64,000 bases of DNA from an uncultured archaeon (GTDB taxonomy: Archaea > Thermoproteota > Bathyarchaeia > Bathyarchaeales > Bathycorpusculaceae). This document shows, piece after piece, positions 44,941 through 52,977 of the stretch. Each line of letters starts with the position of its first letter. Position 1 is the stretch's first letter. The notes under the pieces are model-generated. The model saw only the letters and a list, made by a program, of their open reading frames with translations. It made no database searches and was not told the DNA's origin. The stretch spans positions 32,001 through 96,000 of the forward strand of contig CAWALK010000022.1 in assembly GCA_963782915.1 (NCBI GenBank), given 5' to 3'. The translations under genes were made by a program, and so were the position numbers.

Positions 44941-46390
44941 ATGAAAGTTACAGTTGCAGTGTTGAATAAGCATGGGGACAGCGCAGTTACAACCCTTCTT
45001 GATTTGCTAAATACGTTTGATTTCCATCAGGTTTCACATTTCGGAGTCGTTACGCCTAAGAAGAGCTTTTTTGAGAAAAGCCTGGGCATAGTTAACAGGC
45101 AAGGGTTAGACACCTCGACCTTATTGGGCTGTATTAGCTCAAGAGCGATAGTGTCGAGCGGCTACGATTTTCTGCAGTTAGATGATGCTGCACTTGCGGT
45201 AGAGGGAAGGATATACAAGCCTGTTCCAAAAACTGCACTCACCGAACAGGTTTCAAAGGAGCCCCAGCATTGCGAAACCATCTTGCAGACCCTCATAGAA
45301 GCAAGCCGACGGAGACTATGCGTTTTGGATGCTCAGGGAAGGCTGGATAGCAGCAGGAAGAGACCCAATTGGCGTTCAACCGCTCTATTATGGCGAGAAC
45401 AGGGATATTGCAGCTTTTGCCACTAACCGTACGGCTCTTTGGCGATTGGGCATCGAAAACCCATCCTCTTTTCCGCCTGGGACATTGGCGTTTGCTGATA
45501 AAGACGGCTTCAAATTCAAACCAGTAAAAACCCTAACTTACACAGAACCCAAACAGGTCACACTGGACCAAGCGGCGGAGACGCTTCAGGCACTGCTTAC
45601 CGAATCGATTGAGCGGCGAGTGCACGGCTTAAAAGAAGTCGCTGTCGCATTCTCGGGCGGCTTAGACAGCAGCATCATCGCATATTTGGCGGCTAAACAG
45701 GGCATCAAAGTCAACTTGCTCCACGTAAGCATGGAAAACGAGCCCGAAACAGAAGAAGCCATCGCAGCAGCAGAGGCACTAAACTTGCCCATGCAAGTGG
45801 ACCTCTACAAAGACTCCGACGTAGAAGCAGCCTTGCCCAAAGTTGTAGAGTTAATCGAGGAGGCTGACCCAGTCAAAACAAGCATAGGAGTGCCTTTCTA
45901 TTGGGCAGCAGAACAGGCAACTCAAGCTAAACACAAGGTTATGCTGGCAGGTCAGGGTGCAGATGAATTGTTCGGCGGCTATCAACGCTATGTTAATGAA
46001 TGTGTAAAGGAGGGCAGCGAGAAAGTTCGCAGAACTATGTTTGACGATGTGGTTAACATTCACGTAAGCAATCTTGAGCGTGATTTGAAGATTACTGGGT
46101 CCTTTGATGTAGAGTTACGGTTGCCCTTTGCATCTTACCAACTTGCAGAGTTTGCGTTGGGTTTGCCCCTTGAATGCAAAATCGAGAATAAGCCCGATAC
46201 GCTTCGGAAGCTTGTGCTGCGCAAAGTTGCCCAGAACATCGGCATGCCAGCGTCTATTGCCGACAAACCCAAGAAGGCAGTGCAGTATTCCACTGGAATT
46301 AACGATGCGGTGAAGCGCATAGCCAAAAAGCAGGAGAAAACGGTCAACGAATACGTTGGCGAACTGTTTGAGAGTGTAAAAAGCCAATGA
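44941..46390 (+). CDS. Asparagine synthetase-like protein (AsnB family, degenerate glutaminase N-terminus); frameshift near 45300
   Basis: RDPIGVQPLYY, FSGGLDSS, GQGADELFGGY and KPKKAVQY motifs; no N-terminal Cys. Confidence 0.85.
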
Positions 46391-46520
46391 GTTGAACCCA
46401 ACAGTTCAACCTCTGAGTTAACCGCTGGTTGAAGCTATATATCAGTAGCTCAAAAATTCTCTATTTTGTATAAAAACAGAGTCGAACAATTTTTACTGTT
46501 TTCATGTTCTAAACAATAAC

Positions 46521-47700
46521 CCATCGGTTTTCTCCGATGGACAAAAAAGCAACCAAGACAGCGGTTTAGCCTCTATTGGCGGTTAGTTATTTATTTATTG
46601 CATGATTGAATAAGCAAGTTAGTAGTTGCTGTTGCTGCTGTTGCTGCAACCCTGCTCCGCATAATAGTTGCAACTACTAACAAAATTACACCACCTCACA
46701 CTGGTTGATGATAACCAACGAATATTTCTGTGGTCATCATCAACTAAGCCAATCCCAATCAAATGACTCGCCAATATGCTAAACCATTGGTGCTACTGCA
46801 ACACAACCACACGGGGAGCACACAAAGAAACAACAAAAAACAACTAACACACAACATACCTCCCCATCCTCATCCCATCCCAACCAACATAGCCCATGCA
46901 GCGGATGGGACAAAAAAACCTCTTGCCCCATCCCAACACAAACACAAAAATCAGCCCAAACCAAAAAACCAACCGCCCCCACAACCTAAGCGTGGGATGG
47001 GAAAAATCCTACACATCCCGTCCCCACAAGAACAAAAAAGAAAATAAATTGGAACAGTTTATGGCATCACAGATCGACACAACGCAAAGGGATACATTCA
47101 CCCACACCTACACCCACACTCCACCAACATAGCCCCATGTACGGAGTGTTGAGACAATCAAGGATCCCACACTGCAACACAACCAGAAAATAAGCCTAAA
47201 CCCAAAAAACAACCCATACCAAAGCCCACAGTGTAGTGTGCAACCCTATAACCGCCACACCCACACAAAGAACAAAAAAGTACTTGATATGGAAAGCGCG
47301 ACTCTAACAACAAGTTACAGCATGCAATAAAAAAACCTGGCAACAAAAATGAAAACTGTTTTTTTACAGCCATAGGCTTTCTATAGTTTCAATAACAGGC
47401 TCAATTCTTTGCAGTAGATAATAGCTGGACCGCTTATGAATTCTGCGTTTAACATGGTTGTATGCTGGTTGTAGTGTAACTCGCAAGGAACAAAATTTTT
47501 TCGATCTACTGATATAGGGGAGGGGGTAGCTCGGCAGAGCAACAGATGCTTTCTGTATACAAAAGCATCACCCAAACACACAAAAACACCACACAACCAA
47601 AAACAACTGCACACAACCAAACAGCAAAACCCAACAACCCCAACCTAACCAAACAAGCCACCCCACAAACAAGCAAACCCCAAGTTTTCTCCCACCATCC
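46521..47700 (+). ncRNA. Candidate large structured non-coding RNA or structured repeat region
   Basis: No credible ORF; many nested 7-12 bp helices; G-U pairs mostly favour the + strand; loops are A/C-rich. Confidence 0.45.
46855..47290 (+). repeat. Two diverged ~240-nt tandem units with conserved loops and different but complementary stems
   Basis: CCAACATAGCCC at 46884 and 47124, and AAGAACAAAAAAG at 47028 and 47268, are each exactly 240 nt apart. Confidence 0.75.
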
Positions 47701-47802
47701 GTTGAGCCTATAAATAAGAGGGATAGAGAAAAAAACACAAGCTAGAGCTAGATGCAGTCTGGACGAGTTTTTCCTCGGCTCTGCGGAAGAATAAGGTTCT
47801 TG

Positions 47803-48651
47803 TCACCCGTCAAGTCCCTCTGTAAGCTTCTCAGCCCTTGCAGCAACTTTTTCGGCTTCCGCTTTGATTTGGGGGTCTTTCATTTCCTCTTTACGCTTCT
47901 CGTTAGACGCCAAAATGAAGCGCAACATGTCTGAGTCATAGGAGTTTAGCAGCAGCTTCGTGTTAGGAATCAAACAGTGCCCGCCAATGAAACCTGGAAA
48001 CATAATCGGGCGATCCAGCCGTTGGCGATGGGTATCTTCCAAGAAGTCTACGGTGTCATTGAAGTCTGCGCCATTCGCTCGTGCGATGCGGTGCATTTCT
48101 TGGAAACCTGCGATCATTAGGGCTCGATAGGTGGTTTCGAAGACTTTTGCTAATTCGGTTTCGCGGCAACTCTTAAGGACCTTAACTGTTAAGCCCAACT
48201 TCTCAAAATGCGCCTTTGCCAGTTTGCCTGCTTCTGGTGTTGCGCCGCCGACGTATTTGGGCCAGCGCTTCATCTCCCACAGCATATGCTCATCAGTGAT
48301 GTGGACGCCGCGTGCGGGGGAATGGACAACAAGGCAACCGCATTTCTCAGCAACCTTCAAAGTAGTTCCTGGCGGAACAGTGCTGTTAATTATTGCAAGT
48401 TTCGGGTTGTATTCTGCAACATAGTTAGCTATGATTTCAGCGAATTTATCGGGGCTACCACAAGGCAAAGCAACCTGCAACGTATCCACTTTTTTGGGCA
48501 CCTTAGCTTTGCTTTGGCCAAGGTCACGCATCTTAGCTTCATCTAAATCTAAACCGTAAACATCAAACTCTGATGCCTTCTCTTTGTACAACGCAAAAAG
48601 CGTATGGCCGATTTCGCCTAAACCGATTAGCAGCACTGTTTCCTTAACCAA
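47803..48651 (-). CDS. UDP-glucose/GDP-mannose dehydrogenase family protein (short form)
   Basis: GLGEIG, STVPPGTT, HSP, ETELAKVFET and PGFIGGHCL motifs. Confidence 0.85.
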   Translation of the reverse strand: MVKETVLLIGLGEIGHTLFALYKEKASEFDVYGLDLDEAKMRDLGQSKAKVPKKVDTLQVALPCGSPDKFAEIIANYVAEYNPKLAIINSTVPPGTTLKVAEKCGCLVVHSPARGVHITDEHMLWEMKRWPKYVGGATPEAGKLAKAHFEKLGLTVKVLKSCRETELAKVFETTYRALMIAGFQEMHRIARANGADFNDTVDFLEDTHRQRLDRPIMFPGFIGGHCLIPNTKLLLNSYDSDMLRFILASNEKRKEEMKDPQIKAEAEKVAARAEKLTEGLDG

Positions 48652-48724
48652 ACCGTAAGCCTCCGAGTATTGAAACTCAAGTTAATGTTAAACTATTTAA
48701 ATCTGGAGCACGAAAAGGACAAGC

Positions 48725-49237
48725 ATGCAGAATTCAAAACGCGGAGTCGGCATCATCCAAGGCGCCAACGTGCAGATTGGCGAAGGCTGTGCAATCTGGA
48801 ACTATACAGTCATCGGCGATAACACAAAAATCGGTGAGGGCTGCATCATCGGCAGCTTCGTTGACCTCGGCAAAGAAGTAACACTAGGCAAGAACTGTAA
48901 CATACAAGCACACGTAACCATATCAAACGGCTGCGTACTTGGCGACGACGTCTTCATCGCGCCTAACAGCAGCCTGCTAAACGACAAGTACCCTAAAAGC
49001 AGCTTCATGACGCCCCCAACCATAAAGGACGGCGCAAGAATCGGCGGAGGAGTAACCATCCTGCCAAACGTGACCGTGGGCGAGAAAGCTGTTGTTGGCG
49101 GTGGAAGCGTAGTGACCAAAGATGTGCCAGCCCGAACTGTTGTTGCTGGTTGCCCCGCAAAGAAAGTCATGACACTCGAGCAATTCGAGAAGAAACGCGA
49201 AGCATTCCTGGCTGAAAAACAAAAGGTATCTCACTAA
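48725..49237 (+). CDS. Hexapeptide-repeat sugar N-acetyltransferase (WbpD-like)
   Basis: LbH repeats, NDKYP and VVTKDVP..VVAGCPAK. Confidence 0.9.
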   Translation: MQNSKRGVGIIQGANVQIGEGCAIWNYTVIGDNTKIGEGCIIGSFVDLGKEVTLGKNCNIQAHVTISNGCVLGDDVFIAPNSSLLNDKYPKSSFMTPPTIKDGARIGGGVTILPNVTVGEKAVVGGGSVVTKDVPARTVVAGCPAKKVMTLEQFEKKREAFLAEKQKVSH

Positions 49238-50218
49238 TGCGAGTCTGGTATGACGCCTGCACTGGCAAACACACCAGATACGGCTCAGCCATCGGCAAAC
49301 AACTACGAAAACAAGGCAACGAATTCATCTTCACCACCCGTGAACACCCCGACACATTACCCCTGGCGAAGTTACTTGGGGAAAAACCACTCGTAGTAGG
49401 AAAATACAACCCCTCAACACTCACCTCACGGTTGCAGGAAAGCGCTGAACGCATAATCGAATTCTCCAAAATCTTCGTAGAAAAACAAGCCAGACGTCGC
49501 CATAGCCCACCAATCAGTCGAACTGTGCAGAACAGCGTTTGGTTTAGGTATCCCAATTATTTTAACCGCTGACACTCCACATGCACTTGCCGTAAACAGG
49601 TTAACCATACCATTCGCGCATACCGTTGTAGTTTCCGAGGCGTTGCCGAAGAGTTTTACATGTACATACTGTGCGCAGAGAGTTATTCCGTTTAAGGGCG
49701 TTGATGAGGTTGCATGGATTCAAGGATTCAAACCCGCAAAAATGCCCGAAGTGAAGAAGCCGTTGATTGTGCTTCGGCAAATAGAAACCAAAGCAGCCTA
49801 CGCCAAAGGCAAACATGACAACCACCAATCAGTCGCCGAAAAACTTGCAGAGTTAGGCAACGTCCACATCGTTGGAAGATATAACGAGGGAACTGAAGAG
49901 TTTGGCCAAAAAGCAGTGTTTGAGGATACGGCAAGCCTCGTCGCCAACGCTGACTTAGTCGTCAGCTACGGTGGAACCATCAGCCGCGAAGCTGCACTCA
50001 TGGGCATCCCAAGCATCGCCATCTCAGACATGGCAAAAACCCCCGTCAACACCTACCTCGCCAAAAAAGATTTTCCGCTCTTCATAACCACAGAAGACAA
50101 AGTGCTTGGATTGGCAAAGAAGTATCTGGGCAAAAAATTCGATGTAGCCGCCAAACTTGCAGAACTCGAGAACCCAGTCGATGTTATCGCAAAAGTTGTT
50201 GAGAGTCTAAAAGCTTAG
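49237..50218 (+). CDS. DUF354 family GT-B-fold protein, frameshifted
   Basis: MRVWYDACTGKH, AFGLGIP and GGTISREAALMGIPSI motifs. Confidence 0.8.
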
Positions 50219-50988
50219 GCTATGATGATTTCTATTCGGTCGCCTGCTCTTACACGGTATTTTTCGGCGAAGTTGCCCTGGTTTAGGGCTAACTCCAAAA
50301 AGCCATGGCTACCAATCAACGCTATGGGTTCCTGTGATTTGGCTTGCGCATACGTTTTGGTTAGGGTTAGTTGGAGTGAAATGTGGTGCAGGTTTACCTT
50401 CACTGCTTTAGCGGTGGATAGTTCGTTTTGGGTTATATTTGTTATGGCGTTTCCAAAGCCATCTACGTGTAGGACTTCGCCGAATAGGGAACCATCATTG
50501 CGCTCAACAGTAGAGAACTTGGGTGTTATTGCATCGGTGATTTCTGGACCGAACTCTTTGGCATCAACGCCTTTGTCTATGTAGGCTGCGGCTGGAGCAA
50601 AAATGTCCCGGCCATGAAAAGTACAAGAAACTTGCGGAAGCATAAACTTAGGATTCGCCAACGTGTAAACATGCTCGATGCCCTGTGCCTGCGCAGCCAA
50701 CATCAAAACGCCATTGTCGGGTCCAACAAAAAAGCCCTGTTTAGTCTGCACCACAATTGCCCGACGCTCTGTTCCAACGCCAGGGTCAACAACTGCCAGA
50801 TGTATGGTGCCTTTGGGGAAGTATGACGCAGCTGAAGCCAACATGAAAGCGCCCATTCTCACGTTAAATTTGTCAACGCCGTGGCTGACATCCACAATGT
50901 TGGCGTTTGGGTTAATAGTTAAAATTACACCTTTCATTTCAGCCACATAAGGATCTTTTAACCCAAAATCGGTAGTTAACGTAATCAT
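50215..50988 (-). CDS. SAM hydroxide adenosyltransferase / chlorinase-fluorinase family (DUF62)
   Basis: ITLTTDFG, VVDPGVGT, GPDNG, TFHGRDIFAP and DGFGN motifs. Confidence 0.93.
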   Translation of the reverse strand: MITLTTDFGLKDPYVAEMKGVILTINPNANIVDVSHGVDKFNVRMGAFMLASAASYFPKGTIHLAVVDPGVGTERRAIVVQTKQGFFVGPDNGVLMLAAQAQGIEHVYTLANPKFMLPQVSCTFHGRDIFAPAAAYIDKGVDAKEFGPEITDAITPKFSTVERNDGSLFGEVLHVDGFGNAITNITQNELSTAKAVKVNLHHISLQLTLTKTYAQAKSQEPIALIGSHGFLELALNQGNFAEKYRVRAGDRIEIIIA

Positions 50989-50992
50989 ACGT

Positions 50993-51289
50993 TCAGCCGC
51001 CATGGACCACTGGGACAAAAATGATTTCGTCCCCATCACTGACCATAGTCGCATAACCGTTTAGGATGCTGATTTCTCTGCCATTAACTAGCACCAGCGA
51101 ATTGGATCTTGCATCATTGAGGTCACTGTCGCAAAAAGTATGCTTTAACTGCGGAAACTCTTGGCTGATGCTATCTACAACATCTTTTATGGAAGCGCCC
51201 TCTTGATAATTTAGGGTTAACTGGGTTTTTCCTGATAAGTGGCGCAGGGCACCAACAAATTTTACGGTTAACGTCAAGTACACACCCAT
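50993..51289 (-). CDS. MoaD/ThiS-family ubiquitin-like sulfur carrier (SAMP-like)
   Basis: Beta-grasp pattern LVNGRE...DGDEI..VPVVHGG with C-terminal GG. Confidence 0.9.
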   Translation of the reverse strand: MGVYLTLTVKFVGALRHLSGKTQLTLNYQEGASIKDVVDSISQEFPQLKHTFCDSDLNDARSNSLVLVNGREISILNGYATMVSDGDEIIFVPVVHGG

Positions 51290-51400
51290 AGGGGAAACAG
51301 TTTGGGTTTGTATAAAGTTTTAATTTCAAAAATTATCAATCGATGATAAAATAGCTTAGAATAGTAAAGGGAAAATAAAACAGAGTTAGGGCAAAGAGCC

Positions 51401-52822
51401 CTATTGTTGGGAAACGGTTTTTGTACGTCTTTTTAGCACGGCAAAGATTGCAAGACCCAGCAGAACTACTGTTAGCGGCAGGACTACTAGGGGTGTTAAT
51501 TCTGGCACTGTGGGGGTTGAAGATGGTTTAGTAGTGTGTGTTGTTGTTTGTGTGGGGTTAGTTGTTGGATTAGTTGTAGGTGGGTTCGTAGGTGTTGGCG
51601 TTGGAGATGTGCCCACAGCCATAACTATTGAGTGGCTGCTATGGTGATAGCCTAAGGTAATTATCCATACGTCGCCTTGTGAGAGTGCATTGAAAGTTAC
51701 ATCGGTACCGTCTAATGATACTTTGAGAGTTGATGCATCAGGCAAAAGTGTTTTTGGAATACACGCTTGAACAAATCCGACTGTGCCACTGGCGCCCGAT
51801 ACAGTGAATGACAATCGGCCTGTTGTTGAATCAAACGCTAATGCTGAAAGCGTCGAGTTCGAGGTTACAGAGAACATTTTACTATCTGTATTGGGAGTTA
51901 CTGCAAAGCTTACCTCACTATTTACACCTTGGTAAACATAGTCGGTTGCCCATGTTCCTCTAACGATATAGTTACCTGAAGCAGATGGCATCCATACCGC
52001 TGAGAAGTTTCCGTCGTCCCCTGTAATGATGTACGCCAAGTCATGCCATGTGGCACCGCCTGTGGCGCTGTAAGAAAATACTATGCCTGCGCCTGATAAG
52101 CCGATTTGGTTGTATGCTAATGCACCCTGAATTTTTACGTTAAAGCCAGTTGTGGTTGTGGAACTTGTGCAGTAGAAGGACAGGGTTGGTTTTGGCAAAT
52201 TTGGATTTGCAGTTGGAGCTGGTGAGGGGGTGGCTGTTGGTGCGGGTGTTGGATTGGAGCCATTTCCCGAGAAGAAAGCGCTTAGTTGGTGATCTGAATT
52301 CATTGTTACAGTTATGGTTGTTCCCGCGCCCTGATAAATTCCATCAAGGTACCAGCCACTAAAGGTGTTAGACCCAGCGGGGTATGCTTTAATTTGAGCT
52401 GATGCACCAGCGCTGTAATTCCATATTCCGCTACCTGGAGTTGTTGATCCAGCATCACTTGGATCCGATGTGATAGTCAGGATTGCAGTTCGTTGACTGA
52501 ACACCGCGTAAAGCTCATAGTTCTCCCACATAGTTAACGTGATTGTGGAAAGTTTACCTTGGTAAACTCCGTTTAGGTACCATCCGTCAAATACATAGCC
52601 TGTGTAGGTGTAGGCATATACCGTTACGGTTTGTCCGTAATAGTACAGCATGTTTTGGCCTCCTGGAGAGACCCAACCAGCACCTGAATAGTTAACGGAT
52701 GTACTCAAACTACATTGAGAAAGAGGATAATATGCAGATGTAGTTGATGCAAAAGATAAACTAGTTACTACTAAACATATGATTAATAATGAAACACTTA
52801 ACTTGTGAGCGCTAATTTTCAT
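51401..52822 (-). CDS. Cell-surface protein with InlB B-repeat-like and Ig-like domains and a VPEL-TM sorting signal
   Basis: Two GYVFDGWY/TFSGWY repeats, Pro/Thr linkers and TPTVPELT + TM + KRR. Confidence 0.8.
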   Translation of the reverse strand: MKISAHKLSVSLLIICLVVTSLSFASTTSAYYPLSQCSLSTSVNYSGAGWVSPGGQNMLYYYGQTVTVYAYTYTGYVFDGWYLNGVYQGKLSTITLTMWENYELYAVFSQRTAILTITSDPSDAGSTTPGSGIWNYSAGASAQIKAYPAGSNTFSGWYLDGIYQGAGTTITVTMNSDHQLSAFFSGNGSNPTPAPTATPSPAPTANPNLPKPTLSFYCTSSTTTTGFNVKIQGALAYNQIGLSGAGIVFSYSATGGATWHDLAYIITGDDGNFSAVWMPSASGNYIVRGTWATDYVYQGVNSEVSFAVTPNTDSKMFSVTSNSTLSALAFDSTTGRLSFTVSGASGTVGFVQACIPKTLLPDASTLKVSLDGTDVTFNALSQGDVWIITLGYHHSSHSIVMAVGTSPTPTPTNPPTTNPTTNPTQTTTHTTKPSSTPTVPELTPLVVLPLTVVLLGLAIFAVLKRRTKTVSQQ

Positions 52823-52977
52823 GATAAACCCCAATGTTGTAATTATAGAGAGCGGATATAAGGTTTTATTCCATTTCTGACTAAGAAAACACAACTCAAC
52901 CCTCAATATTTTTAACAAGCCCAGAAAAACCATTAAAGATAACCCTAAAATATACAACAATACATTAGGCATCTGTA

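Noticed and set aside
46855-47290. CRISPR array interpretation of the repeats
   Set aside because: Only two long diverged units, no 25-40 nt identical repeats with unique spacers, and no cas genes in the window
46763-47620. ORFs 46763-47047, 46779-46982, 46896-47132, 47158-47373 and 47381-47620
   Set aside because: Low-complexity Q/H/P/K/N or V/C/F/G translations that arise from the A/C skew; no recognisable domains
46390-47800. RNase P RNA, SRP RNA, tRNA, rRNA or group II intron
   Set aside because: Hallmark motifs not found by eye and no intron-encoded ORF; an Rfam search is still needed
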